From Eledone cirrhosa (Eukaryota), in assembly GCA_964016885.1 (NCBI GenBank), contig CAXHJY010000495.1, forward strand, positions 1-64,000: a DNA stretch of 64,000 nucleotides. The letters run 5' to 3'. Of the stretch, positions 45,760 to 60,112 are shown piece by piece (the stretch's first letter is position 1; the number at the start of each line of letters is the position of its first letter). The position numbers and the translations under genes were made by a program. The notes beneath the pieces are model-generated. The model saw only the letters and a program-made list of their open reading frames with translations. It ran no database searches and was not told the origin of the DNA.

Positions 45760-46064
45760 CGTTTTTAATATCTACATTACATAAACGGTAAAACATTATT
45801 TTTTTCCAAACATATTGTATTGAAGAGAGAACAGAATATGGTTTTACTTATTCTTAATAATGATTTTTCATATTTAATTATCAGTGCTGTATGTTTAGTT
45901 AGAGGAATCTATATTGGTAAACCATAGCAAAGAAAGAGCCACGTGTACTCTCAATAATACAGAGACATGTGGTTCAATGATACAATGAATAGATATACAT
46001 ATAAATAATTGTAATGATCTATTGATATAAACACCAATAAATTTGAATACACATGTGTATTGTT

Positions 46065-46095
<31 letters not shown>

Positions 46096-46251
46096 AAATA
46101 TAAAAAAAATAATGAATAAAAAAATGAAACAGTTCCTTATATTAAACAAAAAAAGTTCATTATTTAACGATCGTTTCTAGGACATATATGTGTTAGAATT
46201 GGCATTCTTCATACGGATTGGACACTACCGTAAACTTTTGGTAGATTCATC

Positions 46252-46317
<66 letters not shown>

Positions 46318-46372
46318 TGACGTGTATATTATTATAAATAATCATAAATATATGTATACAAACACACACACG

Positions 46373-46429
<57 letters not shown>

Positions 46430-46434
<5 letters not shown>

Positions 46435-46536
46435 AAAAAGTATGACCCCGACGGCAGAGATCAAGCCGTTTCGACGGCTATTTCTGGACAAGTGCGTTAT
46501 GGTCCATCTCGTTCCTTACCACAATTCCTTTGTTAT
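46430..46536. mobile_element. HHR cassette family C
   Basis: Inverted GAAACGGCTTGATCTCTGCCGTC plus the forward tail end GTGCGTTATGGTCC...CCTTTGTTA. Confidence 0.65.
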
Positions 46537-46731
46537 ACAAGCACACCGAGAATTATAATAAATGTTCGGTGAATCCATACGTACATATATATATATGTGT
46601 GCATGTATGTATATATATGTACATACTACTGTACGTCTGTATACATATATGTATGTACGTGTACATACTTATATTTAAGTAACAGCCGTACTAAGAGAGG
46701 GAAATGAAATTTCGTTTCATTATTTCCGCAG

Positions 46732-46915
46732 GGGATTGGCAGTATCGGTAGAGGGTCGGACGCCATGCTTTCCAGCATAGTTACCTCCCTTTACGATCTG
46801 AGTTCAAATCCCGCCGAGGTTGACTTTGCCTTTCATCCTTACGGGGTCGATAAAATAAAGTACCAGTAATGCACTGGGTAATTGCTGGCCCTGTGCCTAA
46901 AGTAGAAACAATTAT
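46732..46915 (+). mobile_element. tRNA-derived SINE, full-length copy
   Basis: TGGCAGTATCGGTAGAG A box, GAGTTCAAATC B box, body near-identical to the 43150 and 50464 copies. Confidence 0.88.
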
Positions 46916-47273
46916 TTCCGTATATATATATATACATAAATATATATAAATAAATAAGTTATACATATATAAGATTACAAATATATATATACATATTATA
47001 TATAATAAAATTAATGTATATGTATATATAGTCAATAATATATGAAAAAAATGCACCATATTATATAGAAATATATATATATATATATATATTCACAAAA
47101 ATACATACGGTTCTCAGTAGTATAAAGAAATATTTAAATACAAATTTTAAAAATGATAATCTGTCCATTAATTTAATATGTTGTTTGGAAATATTGTACT
47201 ATCCACAAAGATCTTTATAAGCGGCCATTATCTCTGTAATGTCTGTCAGTACACACTTCTATACACACATATT

Positions 47274-47321
<48 letters not shown>

Positions 47322-47447
47322 ATCAATCACAATGATATATAGATACTCACATGAATGCATAAAAGACAAATATATATCTGTATATAGTATGTATGTAAGC
47401 GTGCATGTATACGTTTATATATATGTATGTATATATATATATATATA

Positions 47448-47539
<92 letters not shown>

Positions 47540-47662
47540 TAAATATATATATATACATATATATATGTATGTATTTATATATCTATATATGTATGTATAT
47601 ACACACACACACAAACACACACAAATATATATATATATATATATATTTGTGTGTATATATAT

Positions 47663-47702
<40 letters not shown>

Positions 47703-47716
47703 TATTTGTGTGTGTG

Positions 47717-47747
<31 letters not shown>

Positions 47748-47963
47748 ACATACATATATAAATATATATATATACATATATATGTATGTATTTATATATC
47801 TATATATGTATGTATATACACACACACACAAACACACACAAATATATATATATATATATATTTGTGTGTATATATATATATATATACGTACATACACACA
47901 AACGTATATTCATAAATACATGCATGCATAGAAAAGTTAAGAGTGTATATATTGAAAGTGTAT

Positions 47964-48104
<141 letters not shown>

Positions 48105-48407
48105 AGATGAACAAGATAGCAACAAGGTAATAAAATACCATTTTTGTATTTATGTGTATATATAAATTTTTATATATAATTGTGTGTCCACCTATGCATG
48201 TATATATGTATGTACGTATAATTTTCATTATACATACATGTATGCAGTGTATATTTCTATGTATACTTCTATGTGTACGCTTTTACGTGTGTATACATAT
48301 TTTTTCGTTTACAGTTGCATTTCTGTGCTTGTGTATACATATATGCATAAATACATATATGTATATATACATGCGCGCGTGTGCGTGCGAGCATGGATGT
48401 CTGTATA

Positions 48408-48459
<52 letters not shown>

Positions 48460-48882
48460 CACATGCAGCCATATAAAACACGCCTGCAATGTATGACGTG
48501 TAATTTTTCAATTAATATAGTCGCCGTTGTTAATACCACATAATGTTATTTTAAAATCAGTCACCGTATCTATCAGATTTATGCTTCGATCACCGCCAAC
48601 GTCTTAAGACACATCATACCATCACACAACATACGACTATAAAATGGCCGCCAATCCCGCCCCTCCAATCACAAGGCAAGGTATAACTGCAATTATTTGC
48701 CCTCGTAAAACCTTGTATAGATATGAAATAGAAATTCTAAAGTTTTTGATTGATATGGAATTTTCCAGGCTTTAATAATGATAATAATGATTTCTGACAG
48801 ACTCTAGTACATATATGTACATATATGTATACAAACGTACAGTAGTATGTATATACATACATACATGCACACATATTTATAT

Positions 48883-49210
48883 GTACGTATGGATTCACCG
48901 AACATTTATTATAATGCTCGGTGTGTTTGTAAACAAACATCCCGGCCGATTAACTCACTCGATATGCAAATTAGACTGCTCAGCCGTTAATATGCATAAG
49001 GAAAGTCTATACTTTCAGACGTTCAATCATCTGACAGGAATGTATACGTTGCTGACGATAGCTAATAAGCTTGAAACTAGTACAGTGTTCCTTTGTCAGT
49101 GTTGAACAAATGAGCAACGATGGTTGCTAGACACTGTATGGTTTAATTCGGGATGTTTGTTTACAAACACACCGAGCATTATAATAAATGTTCGGTGAAT
49201 CCATACGTAC
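48883..49210 (+). mobile_element. HHR enclosed by a ~60-bp inverted repeat
   Basis: GTACGTATGGATTCACCGAACATTTATTATAATGCTCGGTGTGTTTGTAAACAAACATCCCG (48883-48944) is the reverse complement of 49149-49210. Confidence 0.75.
49046..49088 (+). ncRNA. Very compact type-I hammerhead ribozyme
   Basis: ACGTTG-CTGACGA-TAGCTAATAAGCTT-GAAAC-TA-GTA-CAGTGT; 6-bp stem I (two G.U pairs), palindromic ACUAGU stem III. Confidence 0.82.
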
Positions 49211-49293
49211 ATATATGTATGTACGTATACATACTTATATTTAAGTAACAGCCGTACTAAGAGTGAGAAATGAAATCTCGTTTCATTTTTTCC

Positions 49294-49354
<61 letters not shown>

Positions 49355-49393
49355 CATATACATATATACATATACATATGTATATACATATAT

Positions 49394-49455
<62 letters not shown>

Positions 49456-49514
49456 ATATATATATACATGTATATATATATATATATATATACATGTATA
49501 TATATATATACATG

Positions 49515-49546
<32 letters not shown>

Positions 49547-49572
49547 TGTATATATATACATGTATATATATA

Positions 49573-49810
49573 GTTTTCCTTCTCTTAGAATTCTGCCTTG
49601 ACAAAGGCTAAGGGGTCATCTCTCCCGGTGATTTTGGATGGCCATTGACTCTTAAGAGCTCCTTTGCCCTTTGACAGGTTTTGTTTTTAGTCCTGCAGGA
49701 TGTCCAAAGTCACCCTCCTCACCAAGAAACCTTGGTGGGGTTGCCAGTTTAGTCGCCAACGACCCAACCATGAGACAGGTTGTACTGGGATACATGTTAC
49801 CAGTAGCACC
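49573..49810 (-). mobile_element. Probable LINE (RTE-like) 5'-region fragment
   Basis: GC-richer island between (TA)n tracts; the minus strand ends ...CTAAGAGAAGGAAAACT, reminiscent of RTE 5' UTRs. Confidence 0.35.
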
Positions 49811-49811
49811 A

Positions 49812-49844
<33 letters not shown>

Positions 49845-50139
49845 TACATACCAATATATATATATACATACATATATATATATATATACATGTATATATT
49901 CAATATAACAAACAAAAAAGGAAGGTTAAAATGTGCATTCATTCTTTTATTTCTACAACACTTGAACTGTAGAAGCCATTTCTACATTAAATAATATATA
50001 TATATTAGGTATATATATATATATACAGAAATATATGTTTATATATATGTAATGCTATACTATACACTAGTTATAACACCCCCTCTCTCTCTATATATAT
50101 ATGTATCTATATATGTATATATATACATATATATATATA

Positions 50140-50299
50140 TAATTGTTTCTTATATAGGCACAAGGCCAGCAATTTTTGGGGAGGGGAAAGTCGATTAAAT
50201 CGACCCCAGTGCGTGACTGGTACTTTATTTTATCGACCCCGTAAGGATGAAAGGCAAAGTTAACCTCGGCGGTATTTGAACTCAGAATGGCAAGGGCCG
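50140..50299 (-). mobile_element. tRNA-derived SINE, same family
   Basis: Conserved CTGGTACTTTATTTTATCGACCCCGTAAGGATGAAAGGCAAAGTTAACCTCGGCGG. Confidence 0.85.
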
Positions 50300-50338
50300 C
50301 ATATATATATAATGTTATATTATACACTAACTAGAATA

Positions 50339-50394
<56 letters not shown>

Positions 50395-50422
50395 ATGTAA
50401 TATTATACACTAACTAGAATAT

Positions 50423-50463
<41 letters not shown>

Positions 50464-50650
50464 TAATTGTTTCTACTTTTGGCACAAGGCCAGCAATTAT
50501 TCCAGTGCATTACTGGTACTTTATTTTATCGACCCCGTAAGGATGAAAGGCAAAGTTAACCTCGGCGGGATTTGAACTCAGATCATAAAGGGAGGTAACT
50601 CTATGCTTCAAAGCATGGCGTCCGACCCTTACCGATACTGCCAATCCACC
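50464..50650 (-). mobile_element. tRNA-derived SINE, full-length copy
   Basis: Reverse complement of the 46732 copy with few differences. Confidence 0.88.
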
Positions 50651-51639
50651 GATAATGTTATATTATACACTAACTAGAATATATATATATAATGTTATAT
50701 TATACACTAGCTATAATAATATATATTATTTAGGTCTAAATATCTTTGAACAAATTATTCTTTTTAGACATTATTGGAGAGAGATTTTATTCAGACGTCA
50801 GTATTAATGGATTTTTCTCTTGGACAATAAAAATATTCTATTTCTTACATCAATCCTGATTAGCCATGGATTTCTGGGACAATAAAATGCCGTGTGTGTG
50901 TTTCTTGAAGAGATTATTAGCTTCGATTTCTAGGAGAAGTCATTGATTAGTCTTGAACAATGTCGGAAACGTTATTAGCTATGGCGTTTGTAAAAATAAC
51001 TCCCCCTGTCCTTAACAACAACAAATCATTAATCACAAGTATTTTTGACAACGTTATTAGCTAGGAACATTTCTGACGTTATTAGCTACGACTTTTCATG
51101 GAGAATTTACAGATTAGCTTTTCCTGGGATGGTATTTCGCTAAGGATATCCGTAAATATGCTATTAGTTATAGATTTTTATGGAGAACATACAGATTTGG
51201 AATTCTTTGAGGTGTTTATTAGCTAAGAATTATTTTAAACATGTTATTACGTACAAACTACTTTAAAGAAAGTTATCGCCAATAAATTCTTCAGAGATTT
51301 GATTTTATTATTTATGCTCTTGATGTTTTTCTTCTTGTTTAGAACCATGTCAGCTCTGATTAATCAGAATTATGATAAAGGCGTTCCAGCTGTGAACATC
51401 TAATCACACCCTGTTATTTTAAGGGGTGCAATGTATTCAGAATTATATCATCCCAGGCACATACTGGTAAGTTTCTCTTTTATTTTTTAAATGATAGTAT
51501 GTAATTTGAGTGAGATGTGGCTGCTATTTCTAACAAATTGAGCGACAATGTAGAAGCTTCTTTTGCTAGTATTTGTTTTTTTTAATGTTAAAAGCTATGG
51601 ATTCTCTTTTGGTTCTTTTATTCTTTTATTGGTTTAAAG

Positions 51640-52045
51640 TGAAGAGTCATGCCCCTTCAAAGAGTCACTTGCTGGGAAGAAAAAAATTAACAACCTCCCA
51701 TCAGTAATAACAATGGGGCTAAAGGCGAGCGAGGCACTACCCCCTGGAGCAGATACAAACTATACAGTGTGGAAATGCCTCAAGGGACTAAGATCTGGTG
51801 TTGGACGTGCAAAAGTCACTCTTGCAAAATGGGAATATTTAAAGGATGGGGTCGTTGTGTGTGACTGCGGCATCGAACCACAGACTACACAGCACCTCCT
51901 GATATACCCCCTGCTGGAACACCCCTGCACAGTATTGGACTTGGCAGAGTTTAATGAGAAAGGACAGCAATGTATTCAGCTGTGGTGGAACCATATCTAG
52001 ACAAGCTTTGTAACTGACACTCTTGTGGACACAACAACAAGAAGA
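51640..52045 (+). mobile_element. LINE (RTEX/RTE-like) 3' end with zinc knuckle
   Basis: ORF 51713-52000: PPGA...WKCLKGLRSGVGR..TLAKW...CDCG.EPQT.QHLL..P is the typical non-LTR C-terminal CCHC region; (CAA/GAA) tail follows. Confidence 0.8.
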
Positions 52046-52070
52046 ACTGAAGCAATGCTAGGGCACCACA

Positions 52071-52299
52071 TTAACCTTTTAGCATTTAAACCGGCCATAT
52101 CCGGCCAGAATTCTCTAACCTCTTTCTGTTGAAACCGGTCATAACTGGCTGCTCATACCGATGTTAAGGTATTGTTCTCAAAATAAATAATATAAAAACC
52201 TGATAGATTCGATATTATGTGTGATAAGTATGTGAAATAAAGTGTTTACCATGAAAATACAATAGTAACTATCGAGTAATGTAAATGCTAAAGGGTTAA
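52071..52299 (+). mobile_element. Complete piggyBac-like MITE
   Basis: TTAA on both sides; terminal inverted repeats CCTTTTAGCATTTA / TAAATGCTAAAGGG. Confidence 0.85.
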
Positions 52300-53071
52300 A
52301 GAGTTTTTGTCAATCCAGTACAGTTTTTTTTTCCCGTTTCTTAGTTATATTAACAATCTCTTTTCGTTGAAGCGCTAAGTCATGGGATATTAATACACAC
52401 ACAAACACAAACGTCAAAACTATGGATATTTCCTGCTCTGAATATACTTCGTGGCTTGCTATCTATCAATATTCGTTGAGACAAAACTGACTCCATTCTT
52501 TCTGATGTAATTTTATATAAATAGCCATAGTGAGGAGGTTATTAACAGTACACAACGTCCTAAAATTATTACGTAGTTATCTGTCGAAGAAAGCTATGAA
52601 TTATGAATTTCTTCACGTTATTAGCAATGGATTTTCTTCAATAATTTTATTTGCTATTGTATTTTTCAGGAGGAAGTTATTAGCTTTGCATATATTTAAG
52701 ATATTATTAGCTCGAAATTTCTTCAAAATGGTTTTATCTAGGAAACGTTCCGCAGAAATTATCTTGCGTAATTTTTTAACACTTATTAACTTTGTGAAAG
52801 ATATGAGCAAGGGGTGGGTTTTCTTGGGTAATATTCTTGCTAGGAATATATTAGCAGCTTTAAATTTCTCTGTGGTGTTATTATTAACTCAATGTTTCTG
52901 GTAGGTTCCTTACACATGCCGTAAATTGGTGTTGCTGTTGTTGCTATTGTAGTTGATGTTGATGCTCAGCTCAGTTATTATTGAACATATCAAAATAATT
53001 CCATTCGTGGCCATCCATCCCGAATATAGATAATATACACGAGGTTGTATTCTTAAGTTCATAATAATATA

Positions 53072-53189
53072 ATAATTGTTTCTATTTGTTGGCGCAAGGC
53101 CAGCAATTACCCCAGTACATTACTGGTACTTTATTTTATCGACCCCTTAAGGATGAAAGGCAAAGTTAACCTCGGCGGGATTTGAACTC
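53072..53189 (-). mobile_element. tRNA-derived SINE, 5'-truncated
   Basis: Same conserved body as the 50464 copy. Confidence 0.85.
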
Positions 53190-53311
53190 TGTAGTAATAA
53201 TAATAAATGTGAAGACTAAAATCCAAAGAGGGCTCGTTAAGGGTGAAAGCAGCGATTCTTTGCTTAAACTTTAATCTGTTATTTAAATTATATATATATA
53301 TTTATTATATG

Positions 53312-53546
53312 TAAAGGGTAAACACCCCCTTCGGTCACAAATGACCATGAGAATTATACCTAGAAAGTTCTTCTCCGAGGCACAAGTCTGGGCGAGGTTG
53401 TTTATTGAAGACCAGCAGTCATCCATACATACCATTCTACCCTCTCCACGCCACCGATGTTGTCCAAGGGAAAGGCAATGGCTGATACAGCTTGCTTGGT
53501 CCCAGTGACGTCGCAACTCATTTCTACTGCTAAGTGAACTGGAGCA

Positions 53547-53549
<3 letters not shown>
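53312..53549 (-). mobile_element. SINE-like element 3' part
   Basis: Shares CATTGCTCCAGT...CAG...AAATGAGT with the SINE at 57770-57800; ends in TTTACCCTTT. Confidence 0.5.
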
Positions 53550-53627
<78 letters not shown>

Positions 53628-54428
53628 GTGTGTGTGTGTGTGTGTGTATGTGTGTAAAAGGTAAACAGAAATAACAACACGATCAGTACAGTATATGGAA
53701 GGGATATATTAGGTTAACGCTTGAAATAGCAGGAAGAGGGTTTTAACGTTTCGGACGCTAGTCTTTTATCAGAAGAAAGAATAAGAAATAAGATAGATTG
53801 AAGGGAAGGGCGGGGTGGAACTGGAAATAATAATGCTTCTACTTTTGGGACATTATTATCAGCACCATCACCATCAACACCATCATCATCATCATCATTA
53901 TTATTATTGCTCTCTCTCTTTCTCTTCTTTCTCTCTCTATATGTCTCTTTGTTTCTTTTTCTCTCTCACTTCTTTATTTTTTCTCTGTCTTCTATCTCTT
54001 TCTTCTCTCTCTCCTTTCACTCTCTTTCTCTCTTCTCTCTCTCTCTCACCCTACCTCCCTCTCTCTTTATTTTCGCTCTCCCTCTCCTGTTTCTCTCTCC
54101 CTACCCCCTCTCTCTCCTGTTTCTCTCTCCCTACCCCTCTCTCTCCTCCTCTCTCTCTTCCTACTCCTCATCATTCTTTTTCACTGCCGTAAAGAAAAAG
54201 ATGTATAGAAACATAGCTAGGATACATGACGTCATTTGGGTGGTGATGGCAAAGCAGAGCAAAGCAAAGGAAAGCAATGCCAAGCTTTTTAAATTCACAG
54301 AGCACGCGAAAACAAAAGATTTATTTTTTTCTTTAATAATAATTATTATAAAAAGAACAAGGAGAGAGAGAGAGAGAGGGAGCCAGAGAGAGAGAGAGAG
54401 GTAGAGCACAAAGCAAGGGGAGAGAGCA

Positions 54429-54479
<51 letters not shown>

Positions 54480-54982
54480 GAGAGAGAGAGAATGGACCAA
54501 ACAAAGAGAGAGACAAGAACACAACAAGCCAAAATAAAACGTATTATAATCCGAACATTTTAAAATGGCGATTTCTCATTCGTGCGTTTTTCGAAAGATT
54601 TTTTTTAAAAAGCCATTTGTTTTGTAGTTTTTATATATATTGTTTTACACTAGTTTTATCCGTTTTTTTTTTTAGTTTTATATATTGTTGTAAGGAGGTT
54701 TGCTTTTAAATATTTTAATATTTAGTTATTTTCTTTTATATATATATGTATGTATATATGTTATTTATTTTGATTCACTTCTATTATTGTTATCTTCGTG
54801 TAGTATTATGTTTTATGAGTGCGTGTGTATGTGTGCCTGTGTATTTGTGTCTGTGTGTATGCCTGTGTGTGTGTGTTTGTGAGTGTATGTCTGTACCCAT
54901 GTATGCGTGTGTATGTGTGTGTGTGTGTGGTTTAATGTGTACTTGTGTCTCTATCCTTGTATATCTGCTTGTGTGGGTGTAT

Positions 54983-55020
<38 letters not shown>

Positions 55021-55108
55021 GGAAACATTATTTTCAAGATTAAATGACTACATGTGTGTAGATATCTGGAAGTAAATGTACACATGTGTATAAATGTGTT
55101 TAGGTTTG

Positions 55109-55173
<65 letters not shown>

Positions 55174-56164
55174 GTATAATATATATATAGGGTGTCTGGG
55201 GAGACGACCAAATTGAAAATATGTAAATTATACAGACTCTTATATTTATATATATACCCATATATTTCTGAATAGCTATGTTTAAAATACCTATGTGTAT
55301 ATTTAAAAGTATGTGCATCTGTGTATATATATATATATCTAACTGTATGTGGAAATATATACACGTATATATAATTATATATATATGTATGTGTATATAT
55401 ATATAAATATATACATATGTATATATATATACATACATATATATATATACATGTTTTTCTATACCTTTCATTTATATATACATATGTATATATATATATA
55501 TGTATATATATATATGTGTGTGTGTGTGTGTATATATATGTAAATGTATATATATTCTCGTATATTTCTGAATAGCTAAGTTAAAACACCTATGTGTATA
55601 TACACGTCATGCATATATGCGTATATAAATGTATGTATATGAATGCATATATTCAGATACACATATTCACACTAATACATACATACATGTATGCATTACT
55701 ACACACACACAGACACATACATAAAGACACACACACACTCACACACACATATACATATATATATATATAAATGCACACACACTCACACACACATATTCAT
55801 ATATATATAAATACACACGCACTCACACTCACATATACTTACATATATAAAGACACACACACTGACACACACATATACATATATATATAAATACACACAC
55901 ACTCAAACACACATATACATATATATATAAATACACACACACTCACACACACATATACATATATATAAATACACACTCACACACATATACATATATATAT
56001 ATATACACACTCACACACACATATACACACATATAAACACACTCATATATATTTAGAATTTTCAATTGATGACGAAAATTAACTGTAAAATGCGAAAGAA
56101 ATATTATTATTTTCAATTCTTTTCACGCCATGTCTTATTCACGCACGCACACAGAATTATAAAT

Positions 56165-56220
<56 letters not shown>

Positions 56221-56345
56221 ATAATTAAAAACACACATACATAGAGACATGATTGCATACACATAACTTGGAGTACACACACACAAATATATATGCAAAC
56301 GGTATTACTGACACGTACATAAAATTATATATATATATATATGTG

Positions 56346-56376
<31 letters not shown>

Positions 56377-56447
56377 ATAGATATATATTTTTATATATGT
56401 ATATGTATATATATGTGTGTGTATATGTATATAGGTATATATATATA

Positions 56448-56535
<88 letters not shown>

Positions 56536-56612
56536 TACATAAATACAAACATATGTATGTATATGTATATATATATATGTATATATATATATACATATAT
56601 ATATATACATAC

Positions 56613-56643
<31 letters not shown>

Positions 56644-57266
56644 CATATATATATATACATACATACATATATATATATACACATACATACATATATATAT
56701 ATATATACATACATCCATATAGGCCGATACATACGGAACACTCATCAATGGTGGTGTTGGTGGCAATGGCCTTGTGTCTGACGATGTGTATAATAAGGGG
56801 TAGTGTCGTGTGGTGTGGTTGGTGGGGCTGGTGTGGTCGAACCTTTATGTATCCCTAGATAGGGGAATATTTTAAGGGTTAAGGGTTAACAGTCAATAGA
56901 ATCTATAGGGAAACATTAGCAGTTAGGGAGAAACAAAAGGTTTTAGAAGAAATTCTGGTATGAGGGTAGATGATGTAGCTGTTGAGGTGGTGGTGGGTGT
57001 GGTGGTGGGTGTGGTGGCGGTGGTGGTTGTGGTGGTAGTTGTGGTGGGTGTGGTGGGACTGTTATTGTTATCATTGTGGTTTTCTTAGTGAAGCTGGTGG
57101 TGGTGATAGTAGTAGTGGTGGTGGTAGTGGTGGTGGTAGTGCTGATAGTGGTGGTGGTGATGATGGTAGTAGTGATAGTAGTGGTGTTGGCAGCGGTAGT
57201 AGTGGTGGTAATATTAGTGGTAGTGGTATTAGTGGTTGCCCCCTAATGGTTAGAATCCCCTTGCCA

Positions 57267-57387
57267 TTCTGAGTTCAAATCCCGCTGAGGTTAACTTTGC
57301 CTTTCATCCTTACGGGGGTCGATAAAATAAAGTACCAGTAATGCACTGGGTAATTGCTGGCCTTGTGCCTAACGTAGAAACAATTAT
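57267..57387 (+). mobile_element. tRNA-derived SINE, 5'-truncated
   Basis: CTGAGTTCAAATCCCGC...GTAGAAACAATTAT. Confidence 0.85.
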
Positions 57388-57624
57388 TTGAAGGGATTTA
57401 TTAAAACAGCAGCCCTTCTCATTATCAAGCTGTTGTGGTGTTTGTAGCATAACTTACGAATTCTTGCATAAAATTATGATGGAAAGTTTTTAGATAACTA
57501 GATAAATATATACATCTTAAAATAAACAGTTCGGTACCGTAAACCTAGGGGCCATTTCAGAGGTTAAAGGTTGGTATGAGGTTTTATCAAAAGGGTTATA
57601 GACCACTAGCATCCATGAATACAT

Positions 57625-58085
57625 ACATGCATACCCTCGTGTGCTGCAAGCAGTGTGTTGTCCTGGTGCTTATCCTGGTTTCATGGCGTGAAGCGACTGA
57701 GAGTACACGACTCATCGCTGGACAGGACGCCAGTGAATCGCAGGGTTAAACCCCCAGATATTGCTGGTACTCATTTTCAGCTGAGTATACTGGAGCAATG
57801 TGAAATGAAGTGTTTTGCTCAAGCACGCAACCCAGCCCAAGAATCGAACCCTCGATATTATGATCGTAAGTCCAACACCCTTACCACTGGACCACACACC
57901 TCCACAGAACACATCACGCAACCCAGCCCAGGAATCGAACACACGATATTATGATCGTAAGTCCAACACCCTTGCCACTGGACCACACACCTCCACAGAA
58001 TACATCACGCAACCCAGCCCAGGAATCGAACACACGATATTATGATCGTAAGTCCAACACCCTTACCACCAGGCCACGCACCTCT
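57625..58085 (-). mobile_element. tRNA-derived SINE with triplicated 91-bp tRNA-like head
   Basis: Three tandem GTGGTCCAGTGGTAAGGGTGTTGGAC...GTTCGATTC units, CORE-like CTTGAGCAAAACACTT; flanked by ATCCATGAATA. Confidence 0.8.
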
Positions 58086-58700
58086 AATATCCATGAATAA
58101 GGGACCTACATATAAACATCTTAAAACAAACAGTTCGGTACCGTAAACCTAGGGAGCTATTTTAGGGAGGGATGGTGGTGGTATCAAATGGCATAAAAAG
58201 GGTTAAAGACCTCTAACATCCATGAATAATGAACATAAATATAAACATTTTAAAAGAAACAGCTCGGTATTGTAAACCTACAGGCAGTTTTAGGGGTAGT
58301 TTTAGGGGCTGGGGGTTGGTATCAAATGGGGTTAAAAGGGTTAAAGTTCCCTTAGCATCCATGAATAAGGAACAGGATGAATTGCTTTATTGTAATCTAT
58401 CGAGGCTACATACAAATCCCTTCTGTGTTATCACACATTTGATATCAGAGTCTTGTTGGGGAGAATATGTTAAATAATATCGTCTAGATTTCTGCCCTTC
58501 CCCACCCCCACCAAACTGCTGCTTTTCTGTTCCTGTGAATGGTATGGTTACTATATCCCCTAACTGTGAATGGTATAGCTACTACCACCTAAAACTGGTT
58601 TATATAGTTATCAATGGTATGGTTACTACCACCTAAAACTGCTGGTTTAAGTAGCTGCAGGGCCCCGGATTTAATGGGAGGAAAATGAGGCAATTACTAT

Positions 58701-58942
58701 AGTCGAGGACTATAAATACTCTGAGTCAGCAATGGTCGGTTGGACCGGAAACAGTTCGTAAGTCGAGAACTATAAATACTCTGAGTCAGCAATGGTCGGT
58801 TGGACCGGAAACAGTTCGTAAGTCGAGAACTATAAATACTCTGGGTCAGCAATGGTCGGTTGGACCGGAAACAGTTCGTAAGTCGAGAACTATAAATCTC
58901 TGAGTCAGCAATGGTCGGTTGGACCGGAAACAGTTCGTAAGT
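58701..58942. repeat. 4 x 60-bp tandem repeat
   Basis: AGTCGAGAACTATAAATACTCTGAGTCAGCAATGGTCGGTTGGACCGGAAACAGTTCGTA repeated with very few differences. Confidence 0.95.
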
Positions 58943-59892
58943 TGATGACTATCTGTAATTTTATTGCAGTTGAGCGTCTGTCTATCCGTTCCTTTCCAAA
59001 TTTAGTTTCAACACTCTCCTCTTCGTTAAATTCTTCAATATTTATTTAGTAATATTCAAATACAAAACCAATTATTTTGACTTCCAACCAGTAATTATGG
59101 TTTTTATTTATTTCACCTCCATCATTAACTCACGTCGGAAAAGATGCTTAAACCGGAAACACTGCATTTTCTTTCTTTTTTTTTAAATGGTGTTTTATAT
59201 TTTTGATAATTGCTAGAAAACGAAAATTCTAATTGTTTATATTTGAAATAATGTTGACCCTGATGTTGTTACTGTTGTTGTTGTTGTTCTTGTTGTTGGT
59301 AGTGTCATTTCAATTGTCAATGTTGCTGTTATTGGTGTTATTTTTGTTGTTGCTGTTGTTGTTGTTACTACTGTTGTTGCTGTTGCTGTTGTTGTTGCTG
59401 TTGTCGTTGTTGATGTTGCTGTTGTTGTTGTTGTTGTTGTTACTGTTGTTGTTGTTGTTGTTCTTGTTGTTGGTAGTGTCATTTCAATTGTCAATGTTGC
59501 TGTTATTGGTGTTATTTTTGTTGTTGATGTTGTTGTTGTTACTACTGTTGTTGTTGTTGTTGCTGTTGTCGTTGTTGATGTTGCTGTTGTCGTTGTTGTT
59601 GTTGCTGTTTTTGTTGTAGTTGTTGCTGTTGTCGTTGTTACTGTTATTGCTGTTGTTATTCTCGTCGTTGTGGTAGTGCTGTTGCTATATTTGTAGTTGT
59701 TGTTGTCGTCATTGTTGTTACTGTTATAGTAGTAGTAGTAGTAGTAGTAGAAGTAGTAGTAGTGGTAGTAGTAGTTGTTGTTGTTACTGTTGTTATTGAG
59801 ATAGTTGTTAACTCAGTGACAAATTCCAGACATCCGTTTCGCTGTCAAGCGTGGACTGGCGAGGAAACTCTCGAAAACGTGAAACAATAAAT

Positions 59893-59927
<35 letters not shown>

Positions 59928-59942
59928 TTATACATATATATA

Positions 59943-59992
<50 letters not shown>

Positions 59993-60071
59993 TCTGGGTG
60001 TGTGTGTGTGTGTGTGTGCCATTAGATGACAAGGCAAGGTAAGGCAAGAGTTGTGATGGCACGAAACCAAC

Positions 60072-60105
<34 letters not shown>

Positions 60106-60112
60106 AGTTTAT

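Noticed and set aside
53742-53776. Minus-strand CTGATAA-AAGACTAGCGTCC-GAAACGTTA hammerhead-like motif
   Set aside because: G8 is mutated, there is no stem III loop and stem I is poor; probably a dead PLE-tail remnant, so not counted.
57824-58085. Tandem tRNA genes
   Set aside because: A/B boxes are present but the acceptor stem is not convincing and the units run into a SINE body.
58701-58942. CRISPR-like array
   Set aside because: Units are head-to-tail near-identical with no unique spacers; eukaryotic context; no cas genes.
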